Shown here one piece after another: positions 33,163 through 42,039 of a stretch of 42,039 bases of DNA. The notes beneath the pieces were generated by a model. That model saw nothing but the letters and a program-made list of their open reading frames with translations. It was not told the origin of the DNA and searched no databases. The stretch spans positions 1-42,039 of the forward strand of contig NZ_BLAY01000087.1 of NCBI RefSeq assembly GCF_020521235.1. Reading direction: 5' to 3'. Position 1 is the first letter of the stretch. Each line of letters starts with the position of its first letter. This DNA comes from Microseira wollei NIES-4236. GTDB lineage: Bacteria > Cyanobacteriota > Cyanobacteriia > Cyanobacteriales > Aerosakkonemataceae. Made by a program: the position numbers and the translations under genes.

Positions 33163-36102
33163 ATGTTGGTTAAAGTGCTTAATTCTATCCTTGCTCAAGT
33201 AAGCAGACTACCCCTACGAACGGTTCTCGTTGTCCCTTTTGTCCTGCAAACCGTCACGGCGGTGGGACTGGTGGGTTATCTCTCGTTTAGAAACGGACAG
33301 CAAGCAGTCAATGACCTGGCAGAACGTTTGATGCGCGAAGTGAGTTCCCGCATTCTCCAGTCCCTCCAGAGTTACACGGCAACGCCCCGCTTAGTTAATC
33401 AAATTAACACCAATGCCATTCGTCTGGGTCAAATCAATTTACAAGATTCTCCCCAGCTAGAACGTCACCTCTGGCATCAAATTCAAGCATTCAATTCAGT
33501 TACCTACATCCAATTCGCCACCGAACAAAAAGACTTTATTGGTGTCCACCGTTTAGACGATGGCAAATTCACCCTGACAATCTCCGGTGAATCTACAAAG
33601 TATGTTTACACGACTTATGCCCTTGACCGTCAAGGAAATCCCACTCAATTGTTGAAGCGTAGACCAAACTACGATCCTCGCATTCGACCTTGGTATAAAG
33701 CCCCCGTCAAAGCATCTGGAAATGCATGGACTGAAATTTACGCTTATTTTGACTTTTCCAAACTGGCGATTACTGAAGGAGTGCCTCTGTACGATCGCCA
33801 AGGTAAGCTACTGGGAGTAACTGCGGTGGATTTGTCTTTATCCCAAATCAGCGAATTTTTGCGTACCTTGGAAGTAGGTTCCACGGGTCAAACCTATATC
33901 GTGGAACGCAATGGGATGCTGGTAGCTAGTTCCACATCCGAACAGCCATTTATCAAGGAAAAAGCAAAACCTCAGCGTCTTTTGGCAGTGAATAGCAAAG
34001 AGCCGTTAATTCGCTCGACTGCCGAGTATTTACAGCAGAAGTACGGTAATTTAAATCAAATTACGGAAAATATTCAGCTAAAATTTGACATCGAAGGTAA
34101 GCATCACTGGGTTCAAATTACACCCTTTTCCGATAAGTTTGGTCTAGACTGGTTGATTGTGGTAGTCGTGCCGGAATCCGACTTTATGGCACAAATTCAT
34201 GCCAACACCCGCACCACCATTGTTTTATGTTTGGCAGCACTGTTTGTATCCACGTTACTAGGTTGGTTGACCTCGCGCTGGATTAGCCAACCAATTCGCC
34301 GTCTCAGTCAAGGGAGTCAGAATATTGCTAGCGGCGAACTCGACCAACAAGTAGACGTGCAAGGCACGCAAGAGCTAACAGTTTTAGCCCAGTCTTTTAA
34401 CCAAATGGCGGAACAGTTGCGCATCGCTTTTGCTGCTCTAAAAAAAACGAAGGCAGAGTTAGAAATTCGGGTCGAACAACGCACTGCCGAACTCAAAGAA
34501 TCCCAAGATCAATTGCAACAACAAGCCCAAGATTTAGAAGAACGAGTGCGACAACGCACCGCCGAATTGTTAGAAGCAAAAGAAGCGGCAGAAGCAGCTG
34601 ACGAAGCCAAGAGTACTTTTTTAGCCACAATGAGCCACGAATTGCGGACGCCCCTCAACGCCATTCTCGGCTTCGCCCAATTGATGAAATGCGATTCATT
34701 GCTTTCTCCCTCCTACCGGGAAAATCTCAACATCATCGCTCGCAGTGGGGAACATCTGCTGGCATTAATTAACGACATTCTCGATATGTCCAAAATCGAG
34801 TCTGGTCGGATGTTGCTAATGGAAAACTCTTTTGACTTTTATCTGTTGTTAGATAGCGTCGAGCAAATGTTCCAACTCCAGGCAAGCCAAAAAGGCTTAA
34901 CGCTACAGTTTGAACGCAGTCCGGAAGTTCCCCAATATGTAAATACCGACGAGCGAAAATTGCGCCAAATTTTGATTAACTTGCTTGGCAATGGGATCAA
35001 GTTCACCCAGCGAGGCGGCGTGACAGTCAGAGTGCTAATGGCTAATGGCTCATTGCTAATAGGAAAAGAAAAAGATAATTCCAATTTACCCTCGTTCCCA
35101 GGCTCTGCCAGGGAAGGCAAATTACCCTCGTTCCCAGGCTCTGCCAGGGAAGGCAATTACCAATTGCATTTTGAAATTGAAGACACTGGGTGTGGCATTC
35201 CTAATGAAGAGATTGAAGATTTATTTGAACCGTTTGTGCAGAGTAAAACCAATCGGGGGTTTCAAGAAGGCACGGGTTTAGGTTTGCCGATTAGCCGTGC
35301 TTTTGTGCGCTTGATGGGGGGTGACCTCACTTTAGTTCGCACGGCAGTGGGTGAGGGTACGACGTTTGCGTTTGACATTCAAGTGACTCTGGCGGCGGCG
35401 GCGGAGGTGGAGGTGACTGTACCCCTGCGTCGCGTCATTGGACTGGAAGTAGAACAACCGACTTATCGCTTGCTGGTGGTGGAGGATGGCTGGGAAAACC
35501 GCCAACTGCTGATTAAGTTACTGCAACCTTTGGGTTTTGAGGTGAAAGAAGCGGTGAATGGACTTCAAGCGCTTGAGGTTTTGCAGAGTTGGAAACCGCA
35601 TTTAATTTGGATGGATTTGCGAATGCCGGTAATGGACGGGTACGAAGCAACGCAACAAATTCGCGCCAAACTGGAGGGGGAAGCGATGGCAATTATTGCG
35701 TTGACTGCCCACGTGTTTAAAGAGGAACGCGCGGCGATTTTGTCGGCTGGTTTTGATGATTGCGTCAGCAAGCCGTTTCGGGAAGCCGAATTGTTTGCCG
35801 CGATGAGTCAGCATTTAGGGGTGCGTTACATTTATGAGGAACCTACGACAAGCGAGGCTTCTAAGGAGGAAAATGTATTGAGTGGGGAAGACTTCGCATC
35901 TTTACCCGCCGAATGGCTGAAAAAGCTAGAAGAGGCGATTTTGATGGGAGATATGAAGTTAATGGAGGATGCGATCGGGCAAATCCGCACCCAGGACGAT
36001 GCCATCGCCCTAGCCATCGCCCATTGTCTCGATAACTTCGAGTACGATAAGATTTTGCACTTAATCGAAGCTGCCAATCAACTCTTAACAACTAACCCCT
36101 AG
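33163..36102 (+). CDS. Hybrid sensor histidine kinase (paralog of previous; Cache-like sensor – HAMP – extended coiled coil – HisKA – HATPase_c with insertion – REC)
   Basis: Same domain order. The N-terminal 60 aa are nearly identical to the upstream paralog (LPLRTVLVVPFVLQ.V.AVGLVGYLSFRNGQQAVNDLA). The HATPase_c domain carries an in-frame insertion at 35031-35157. Confidence 0.8.
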   Translation: MLVKVLNSILAQVSRLPLRTVLVVPFVLQTVTAVGLVGYLSFRNGQQAVNDLAERLMREVSSRILQSLQSYTATPRLVNQINTNAIRLGQINLQDSPQLERHLWHQIQAFNSVTYIQFATEQKDFIGVHRLDDGKFTLTISGESTKYVYTTYALDRQGNPTQLLKRRPNYDPRIRPWYKAPVKASGNAWTEIYAYFDFSKLAITEGVPLYDRQGKLLGVTAVDLSLSQISEFLRTLEVGSTGQTYIVERNGMLVASSTSEQPFIKEKAKPQRLLAVNSKEPLIRSTAEYLQQKYGNLNQITENIQLKFDIEGKHHWVQITPFSDKFGLDWLIVVVVPESDFMAQIHANTRTTIVLCLAALFVSTLLGWLTSRWISQPIRRLSQGSQNIASGELDQQVDVQGTQELTVLAQSFNQMAEQLRIAFAALKKTKAELEIRVEQRTAELKESQDQLQQQAQDLEERVRQRTAELLEAKEAAEAADEAKSTFLATMSHELRTPLNAILGFAQLMKCDSLLSPSYRENLNIIARSGEHLLALINDILDMSKIESGRMLLMENSFDFYLLLDSVEQMFQLQASQKGLTLQFERSPEVPQYVNTDERKLRQILINLLGNGIKFTQRGGVTVRVLMANGSLLIGKEKDNSNLPSFPGSAREGKLPSFPGSAREGNYQLHFEIEDTGCGIPNEEIEDLFEPFVQSKTNRGFQEGTGLGLPISRAFVRLMGGDLTLVRTAVGEGTTFAFDIQVTLAAAAEVEVTVPLRRVIGLEVEQPTYRLLVVEDGWENRQLLIKLLQPLGFEVKEAVNGLQALEVLQSWKPHLIWMDLRMPVMDGYEATQQIRAKLEGEAMAIIALTAHVFKEERAAILSAGFDDCVSKPFREAELFAAMSQHLGVRYIYEEPTTSEASKEENVLSGEDFASLPAEWLKKLEEAILMGDMKLMEDAIGQIRTQDDAIALAIAHCLDNFEYDKILHLIEAANQLLTTNP
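35086..35157 (+). repeat. In-frame 36-bp tandem duplication (TTACCCTCGTTCCCAGGCTCTGCCAGGGAAGGCAAA x2, encoding LPSFPGSAREGK/N) preceded by heptamer-STR-derived codons (GCTAATGGCTAATGGCTCATTGCTAATAGG) inside the kinase ATP-binding domain
   Basis: The reading frame was checked across the segment and stays open. The unit contains a TTCCCAGGC…GCCAGGGAA palindrome of the same type as intergenic hairpin repeats, e.g. TTACCAGGCTCCGGCCTGGTAA at 41860. Confidence 0.7.
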
Positions 36103-36116
36103 CACCCGATAAACCC

Positions 36117-37556
36117 ATGCAAACTGACAAATTTAAAGGCAACATTTTAGTCGTTGATGACACCCCAGCCAATCTGCACCTGTTAATCGATATTTTGAGC
36201 AAACAAGGCTACGAAGTTCGCCCCGCCCCCAACGGTAAATTTGCCCTATCCGCTGCTAAGGGAATGCCACCCGATTTAATTTTACTAGACATTATGATGC
36301 CGGGAATGAACGGTTACGAAGTCTGCGAACAACTCAAAATTGATGAGCGAACCAAAGACATCCCGGTTATTTTTGTTAGCGCGATCAACGAAGTGCTAGA
36401 TAAAGTCAAAGCTTTTGCCATTGGTGGAGTTGATTATATCACAAAACCCTTTCAAGTAGAAGAAGTTTTAGCCAGGGTGGCAGCTCACTTAGCAATTCGC
36501 AACCTGCAAAGAAGCTTGCAAAAGAAAAATGAGGAATTAACCACAACCTTGCACCAACTCACAGCCACCCAAAATCAATTGATTCAATCAGAAAAAATGG
36601 CAGCCTTGGGACAATTAATTGCGGGCATTGCCCATGAAATTAATACCCCACTGGGTGCGATTCGCTCATCGATCAACAATATTGCTGGGTTTTTCGCCGA
36701 AAACTTGCAGGCATTACCCGAATTTTTTCAAGGACTCTCTGCTGAAAATCAACAGGATTTCTTTGCCTTAATGGAAAAGTCAAGCCAACAAACAACCTCC
36801 TTCTCTAGTAAAGAAAAACGCCAAATCAGAAAAGTTTTGCAGCAGCAGCTAGAAGAAATGGGAATAGAAGACGCCGATAACATTGCCAGTACTCTAGTCA
36901 CTTTTGGCATTTACGACGATATTCAACCCTTTTTACGCTTACTGCAAGACCCAGACCGGGACAAGCTGCTCAAAACAGCCTATGACTTAGCTAGTTTTCA
37001 GAAAAGTACCAAAACTATTATGACGGCTACAGACCGGGCTGCCAAAATCGTGTTTGCCCTCAAAAGTTATGCCCGCTACGACAATTTTGAAGAAAAAGTA
37101 CAGGCGAATATCGGTGAAGGAATTGAAACAGTATTAACCCTCTACCAGAATCAACTCAAACAGGGGGTAGAAGTCATCAGAAACTATCAAGAATTACCGC
37201 CGATTTGGTGCTACCCCGATGAACTGAATCAAGTTTGGACAAACTTAATTCACAATGCCGTGCAAGCGATGAGTAATCGGGGAACCTTAAAAATTGATGT
37301 GACTCAGCAAGAAAGATTTATCAAAGTCCAGATTACCGATAGTGGCTGTGGGATACCCGAAGAAATTATGCCCCGAATATTTGAGCCATTCTTTACAACA
37401 AAACCCCCTGGAGAAGGCAGCGGCTTGGGATTGGATATTGTCAAAAAAATCGTTGAAAAACATCAGGGAAAAATTGCAGTTTCCTCCCTGACGGGTCAAA
37501 CAACATTTACCGTGTTTTTACCAATAAATTTCAACGAGAATCCTAGCCTTGCTTAA
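36117..37556 (+). CDS. Response-regulator receiver fused to histidine kinase (REC–HisKA–HATPase_c)
   Basis: REC is ILVVDDTPANL…LILLDIMMPGMNGYEV…VIFVSA…DYITKPF. H-box is LIAGIAHEINTPLGAI. ATPase is NLIHNAVQAM, DSGCGIP and GSGLGLDIVKKIVEKHQGKI. Confidence 0.8.
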   Translation: MQTDKFKGNILVVDDTPANLHLLIDILSKQGYEVRPAPNGKFALSAAKGMPPDLILLDIMMPGMNGYEVCEQLKIDERTKDIPVIFVSAINEVLDKVKAFAIGGVDYITKPFQVEEVLARVAAHLAIRNLQRSLQKKNEELTTTLHQLTATQNQLIQSEKMAALGQLIAGIAHEINTPLGAIRSSINNIAGFFAENLQALPEFFQGLSAENQQDFFALMEKSSQQTTSFSSKEKRQIRKVLQQQLEEMGIEDADNIASTLVTFGIYDDIQPFLRLLQDPDRDKLLKTAYDLASFQKSTKTIMTATDRAAKIVFALKSYARYDNFEEKVQANIGEGIETVLTLYQNQLKQGVEVIRNYQELPPIWCYPDELNQVWTNLIHNAVQAMSNRGTLKIDVTQQERFIKVQITDSGCGIPEEIMPRIFEPFFTTKPPGEGSGLGLDIVKKIVEKHQGKIAVSSLTGQTTFTVFLPINFNENPSLA

Positions 37557-37612
37557 GCCAGGGATTTGATGCTAGAGTCTTAGCTATATCCATTTGAAAC
37601 AGGAAGCCAACA

Positions 37613-38008
37613 ATGCCTAAGTCAGCCATTATATGCGTAGATGATGAGGTCACTGTCTTAGAAAGCCTTGAAATCGAACTGCAAAAAGCATTTAAGAATC
37701 AATATCTGTATGAATTTGCTGAAAGTGCTGATGAGGCTTTAGAGGTAATTGAGGAATTAATCGAAGATAGCGTAAACATTGTAGTGATTGTATCCGATTG
37801 GTTGATGCCGGGAATGAAAGGCGATGAACTGTTAATTTTAATTCATCATAGATTTCCAGAGGTGACTACTATTTTATTAACTGGACAAGCAGATAGAGAA
37901 GCAGTGGAACGTGCTATCAACGAAGCGAAGATCCATGCTTACTTGACCAAACCCTGGAATACTAAAGAATTAATTGAAACCATTCGATCTGGACTCTCAA
38001 AATCATGA
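37613..38008 (+). CDS. Single-domain response regulator (CheY-like receiver)
   Basis: IICVDDEVTVLESL…VVIVSDWLMPGMKGDELL…TILLTGQAD…YLTKPW. Good RBS AGGAAG. The stop overlaps the next start (ATGA). Confidence 0.75.
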   Translation: MPKSAIICVDDEVTVLESLEIELQKAFKNQYLYEFAESADEALEVIEELIEDSVNIVVIVSDWLMPGMKGDELLILIHHRFPEVTTILLTGQADREAVERAINEAKIHAYLTKPWNTKELIETIRSGLSKS

Positions 38009-39909
38009 AAAAGCCCGCAATTATCTGCGTAGATGATGAACTAACTATCCTGGAAAGTCTGGAACGAGAGCTGCGAATATCTTTCGCGGGTAAATATACG
38101 ATAGAAACAGCAGAAGGAGGGGAAGAAGCTTTAGAAATATTGGATGAATTGCTAGAAAATAAATATGAAGTTCCTTTGGTCATCTCCGATCAGATTATGC
38201 CCGGTATGAAAGGAGATGAGTTATTAAAAATTGTTCGGCAAAAATCACCTAAAACCGTGACAATAATGCTCACGGGTCAAGCCAATATAGAAGCAGTTAT
38301 CAATGCAATTAACCAGGCAAATTTATATCGTTATATTGCCAAGCCCTGGGAAGCAGAAGACTTAAAATTAACCGTAGAAAAAGCAATTGATAGCTATTTT
38401 CAGGAGAAAAAGCTAGCCGAACAAAATGCAAAACTTCAGGAAATGAATCAATTGCTGGCGCGATTAAACAGCGAACAAGCCGCGCTAATTGCCCAACTGC
38501 AAGAAAATGAAAATCGCTTGAAACAGTTTTTAGAAGCGATGCCAATCGGCGTTGCTGTTTTGGATACACAAGGCAAACCTTACTACATTAATCGGCAGGC
38601 AAAAGAATTATTGGGTAAAGGAGTTGTGCCTGGTATAACCTTGGAGCAATTATCAGAGGTTTATCAAGTTTATCAAGCAGGTAAAGACCAGCAGTACCCA
38701 ACTGAAAAGTTGCCGATTATCCAGGCGTTGAATGGCAAAAGCGTCACCGCTGACGATCTAGAAGTTCGCCAAGGTGACAAGATTATACCCCTAGAAGTTT
38801 ACGCAACGCCTATTTATGATTCCCAGTCAGAAATTGCCTATGCAATTAACACGCTAAAAGACATTACGGAACGGAAACAAGCAGAAGAAGACCGGGCAAA
38901 ATTTATTTCAGAACTGTTTGAACTCAATTGCAATTTGGAACTGGCGCTGTACGCTGAATCGGAATTAGCCAATGCGGCTAAACGGTTTGTACCGAATGAA
39001 TTTCTTTCCTTGTTGGGACACCAAAGCTTGGTGGATGTGAAATTAGGCGATGCGGTGCAGCAAGAAATGTCGGTGCTGTTTTCCGATATTCGCAACTTCA
39101 CGACGCTTTCTGAAAGCATGACTCCCCAGGATAATTTTAAATTTATTAATTCTTATCTATCGACGATGGAACCTGCGATCGCTCAAAATCATGGGTTTAT
39201 TGATAAATATATTGGCGATGGAATTATGGCACTGTTTAGCGGCGGTGCGGATGATGCTGTCAAAGCAGGAATTAACATGTTACAACGCCTCGAAGATTAT
39301 AATCAAAATCGCATCAGAGCGGGCTATGCACCCATTCGCATCGGCATTGGAATTAATACCGGGTCTTTGATGCTGGGAACTGTTGGGGGACAAAGACGGA
39401 TGGATGGGACGGTGATTAGCGATGCGGTGAATTTAGCCTCGCGGGTGGAAAATTTGACAAAAGCTTATCAAGCGCCAATGTTAATTACTCACCAAACATT
39501 TGTACAATTGAATCAATCCCATCAATATGCAATTCGCCTGATCGACCGCGTCCAAGTTAAAGGAAAATCAGAATTAGTGACTGTTTATGAAGTGTTTGAA
39601 ACCGAACGTCCAGATATTAAAGAGGGCAAGTTAGCAACTTTACCAATATTTTTAGAAGCTTTGTCTAACTATAGTTCAGGAAAATTGAGAGAAGCGGAAC
39701 AACTGTTTGCAGATTGTTTGCGCCAAAACCCGCTGGATAAAGTCGTGCAAATTTATCTAAAACGCTGTCAAGAACCTGGTACGGTAACGCCAATTTACTC
39801 TGAATCTAACTTGAGGGGAGTTTGTGGAAATGGACGGAGCGATTCTGCTTCGGAGACGCTGCGCGAACGCAACGAGCAAGTTATATCAAATCCCGTTGCA
39901 TCGGAATGA
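38005..39909 (+). CDS. REC – PAS – class III adenylate/guanylate cyclase (CHD) protein
   Basis: N-terminal receiver (IICVDDELTILESL…LVISDQIMPGMKGDELL…IMLTGQAN…YIAKPW). A central PAS-like region follows. The C-terminal cyclase homology domain is VLFSDIRNFTTLSESMTPQDNFKFINSYLSTMEPAIAQNHGFIDKYIGDGIMALF…RIGIGINTGSLMLGTVGG…DGTVISDAVNLASRVENLTK. Confidence 0.8.
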   Translation: MKKPAIICVDDELTILESLERELRISFAGKYTIETAEGGEEALEILDELLENKYEVPLVISDQIMPGMKGDELLKIVRQKSPKTVTIMLTGQANIEAVINAINQANLYRYIAKPWEAEDLKLTVEKAIDSYFQEKKLAEQNAKLQEMNQLLARLNSEQAALIAQLQENENRLKQFLEAMPIGVAVLDTQGKPYYINRQAKELLGKGVVPGITLEQLSEVYQVYQAGKDQQYPTEKLPIIQALNGKSVTADDLEVRQGDKIIPLEVYATPIYDSQSEIAYAINTLKDITERKQAEEDRAKFISELFELNCNLELALYAESELANAAKRFVPNEFLSLLGHQSLVDVKLGDAVQQEMSVLFSDIRNFTTLSESMTPQDNFKFINSYLSTMEPAIAQNHGFIDKYIGDGIMALFSGGADDAVKAGINMLQRLEDYNQNRIRAGYAPIRIGIGINTGSLMLGTVGGQRRMDGTVISDAVNLASRVENLTKAYQAPMLITHQTFVQLNQSHQYAIRLIDRVQVKGKSELVTVYEVFETERPDIKEGKLATLPIFLEALSNYSSGKLREAEQLFADCLRQNPLDKVVQIYLKRCQEPGTVTPIYSESNLRGVCGNGRSDSASETLRERNEQVISNPVASE

Positions 39910-40231
39910 TCGGCCTTTCTGGGTAATTGCTAATTGCTAATTGCTAATTGCAAGAAAAGCCCCTACAGGTCGTAATTCCGATGCCTAAGGAAACGATATT
40001 AATGGAAATCCGTAATAGTCTGCACAGGCAAATCACCTTTGTTTCTCTGAAAAATCGTCGGTTTGTTAACTAGAGATCCCAGCTTGAAACTTTGGTGATA
40101 GGAACGCCCTTGCGTAAGTCCTGATTACCTACCTTCTTCTTTTCTCTTCCCTTCCCGGTTCTGCGTATTTTGCGGTTCCTTATAACAATAACTCATGGTA
40201 AAATGAATAGAAAAACTAACCATAAAAACCC

Positions 40232-41725
40232 ATGACAAAATACATTGCTGCCATCGATTCTGGAACAACCAGCACCCGCTTCATTATTTTTGAAAAAGCT
40301 GGAAAAATTGTGACTTTCGCTCAAAAAGAACACGAACAAATTTATCCTAACCCCGGATGGGTAGAACACAGCCCAACCGAAATTTGGGAACGCACGCAAA
40401 CGGTTATCGATGAAGCTTTAGACCGAGGAAATATCGCGCCTCAAGAGATTACCGCCATCGGCATTACGAATCAGCGCGAAACAATTGTAGTCTGGAATCG
40501 ACACACGGGAAAACCTTACTATAACGCCATAGTTTGGCAAGATACCCGCACCGATAATATCTGTAACGAATTAGCTCAAAATGGGGGAATAGACCGTTTC
40601 CGCGCCCAAGTTGGGTTACCACTTGCCACCTATTTTAGCGGCCCTAAAATTAAGTGGATGTTAGATAATATAACAGGTTTGCGCGCAGCAGCTTTATCCG
40701 GGGATGCTATTTTTGGCAACATCGATACATTTTTAATTTGGCATTTGTCCGGCGGTACTCAAGGGGGATTGCACATTACCGACGTCACCAATGCCAGTCG
40801 CACTATGCTGATGAATTTAGCCACCTTGGAGTGGGATAAGGAAATTTTGGAAATTCTGGACATTCCGCAGCAGATGCTACCAGAAATTCGCCCTTCTTCC
40901 CAAGTTTACGGTCATGTTGTTGGTCGGTTAGCGGGAGTACCTATTGCGGCAGATTTAGGCGACCAACAGGCGGCGTTAGTTGGGCAAACTTGTTTCGCTC
41001 CTGGTGAGGCTAAAAACACCTATGGTACGGGTTGTTTTATGTTATTAAATACAGGCAATGAGCAGATTGCTTCTGCGCGTGGGTTGCTGACTACTGTGGC
41101 GTACAAAATGGGGGATGAACCTGCGGTTTATGCTTTGGAGGGGAGCGTTGCGATCGCAGGCGCATTGGTACAATGGTTGCGGGATAACTTGGGCATGATT
41201 TCCACTAGCGCAGAAGTCGAAGCGCTGGCTAATTTAGTAGAAGATAACGGCGGAGTTTATTTTGTGCCAGCATTTTCGGGACTATTTGCCCCCTATTGGC
41301 GTGCTGATGCGAGGGGTGCAATTGTGGGACTCACCCGCTACGTGCAAAAAGGTCATATTGCTAGGGCGGTTTTAGAAGCAACTGCATGGCAAACGAGGGA
41401 AATTTTAGATGCAATGGAACAAGATTCAGGAGTGAAATTAACCGCGCTTAAAGTCGATGGCGGCATGGTGGGAAATGAAACTTTGATGCAGTTTCAGAGC
41501 GATGTTTTAGGCGTGCCGGTGATTCGTCCTTTAGTAGCAGAAACTACAGCGCTGGGAGCCGCTTATGCAGCGGGTTTGGCAACGGGTTTTTGGAGTAGCA
41601 TCAACGAGTTGCAAAATAATTGGGGAGTCGATAAAGTTTGGGAGCCTAATATGATGGTTGATGTGCGGGAAGCTAAGTATGCACAGTGGAAAAAGGCCGT
41701 TACTAAAACATTTGATTGGGTGTAG
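40232..41725 (+). CDS. glpK: Glycerol kinase
   Basis: [20 protein letters not shown]…[30 protein letters not shown]…GTGCFML…QWLRDNLG is canonical FGGY-family GlpK from N- to C-terminus, 497 aa. Confidence 0.9.
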   Translation: MTKYIAAIDSGTTSTRFIIFEKAGKIVTFAQKEHEQIYPNPGWVEHSPTEIWERTQTVIDEALDRGNIAPQEITAIGITNQRETIVVWNRHTGKPYYNAIVWQDTRTDNICNELAQNGGIDRFRAQVGLPLATYFSGPKIKWMLDNITGLRAAALSGDAIFGNIDTFLIWHLSGGTQGGLHITDVTNASRTMLMNLATLEWDKEILEILDIPQQMLPEIRPSSQVYGHVVGRLAGVPIAADLGDQQAALVGQTCFAPGEAKNTYGTGCFMLLNTGNEQIASARGLLTTVAYKMGDEPAVYALEGSVAIAGALVQWLRDNLGMISTSAEVEALANLVEDNGGVYFVPAFSGLFAPYWRADARGAIVGLTRYVQKGHIARAVLEATAWQTREILDAMEQDSGVKLTALKVDGGMVGNETLMQFQSDVLGVPVIRPLVAETTALGAAYAAGLATGFWSSINELQNNWGVDKVWEPNMMVDVREAKYAQWKKAVTKTFDWV

Positions 41726-41728
41726 GTT

Positions 41729-42039
41729 TGTTTATTTAGATCTTGCGCCTACCCGCTTACCCGCCTGGGAATAAATTCCCAGGCTAATAGCTAAAGTCCA
41801 CTCAAGTGGACTAAAACTTTTCTCCAGTCGTCTTTAGACGACTTCGCCTCTCGCCTCGTTACCAGGCTCCAGCCTGGTCGCCTCGTTACCAGGCTCCGGC
41901 CTGGTAACGCATTGGTCGCCTCGTTACCAGGCTCCGGCCTGGTAACGCATTGGTCGCCTCGTTACCAGGCTCCGGCCTGGTAACGCATTGGTCGCCTCGT
42001 TACCAGGCTCCGGCCTGGTAACGCATTGGTCGCCTCGTT
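41729..42039. repeat. Composite palindromic element after glpK (same motif set as 17078-17230), followed by a 38-bp tandem repeat (TCGCCTCGTTACCAGGCTCCGGCCTGGTAACGCATTGG) of at least 5 units running to the window edge
   Basis: TTTAGATCTTGCGCCTACCCGCTTACCCGCC, AGTCCACTCAAGTGGACT and AGTCGTCTTTAGACGACT are present. Tandem unit starts are at 41851 (truncated), 41878, 41916, 41954, 41992 and 42030. Each unit holds a TTACCAGGCTCCGGCCTGGTAA hairpin. Confidence 0.75.

Noticed and set aside
1-42039. Search for tRNA, rRNA or tmRNA genes
   Set aside because: No cloverleaf-compatible segment with conserved T-loop GTTCRA or D-loop features was noticed. The structured elements present are better explained as palindromic repeats.

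Overview
This window is a cyanobacterial chromosomal region of Nostocales type, inferred from dense GCGATCGC (HIP1) sites, AATTGCT/AATGGCT heptamer arrays and many small palindromic or MITE-like elements. It is a mosaic of housekeeping genes and accessory islands. In order, it holds two HAF-repeat PEP-CTERM surface proteins. The first is 5' partial and carries a perfect 132-bp internal duplication. Next is a full-length homolog of the eukaryotic major vault protein with long stretches identical to human MVP. This MVP gene sits just downstream of a truncated FAD-oxidoreductase fragment. A ChlH/CobN-family chelatase paralog follows. Next is an island of conflict-related genes. It starts with an HTH–PIN toxin-antitoxin pair whose PIN gene has an in-frame TGA. 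A duplicated module of an 83-aa protein with a divergent small RHH-like ORF then flanks a Uma2 endonuclease, with PIN 3' remnants alongside. A modular cell-wall hydrolase follows, then a two-gene cassette of an ATP-dependent RNA ligase and a Pol-beta-superfamily nucleotidyltransferase. The window also carries a DUF1287 lipoprotein, an 8-repeat CRISPR array with no cas genes nearby, and membrane and periplasmic proteins. These comprise a CDP-alcohol phosphatidyltransferase, a TspO-like protein, DUF4281, a trypsin-like protease and a COP23 homolog. A CoaR/CoaT-type cobalt-efflux locus follows, consisting of a P1B-4 ATPase, a small HMA protein and a MerR–CbiC fusion regulator, with a divergent dyad operator. 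Last come a five-gene phosphorelay ending in a REC-PAS adenylate cyclase, and glpK. The most unusual items are the MVP homolog, the RNA-ligase/nucleotidyltransferase cassette beside ribonuclease toxin genes, the orphan CRISPR array, and several families of structured intergenic repeats, one of which has been exonized into a kinase ATP-binding domain.
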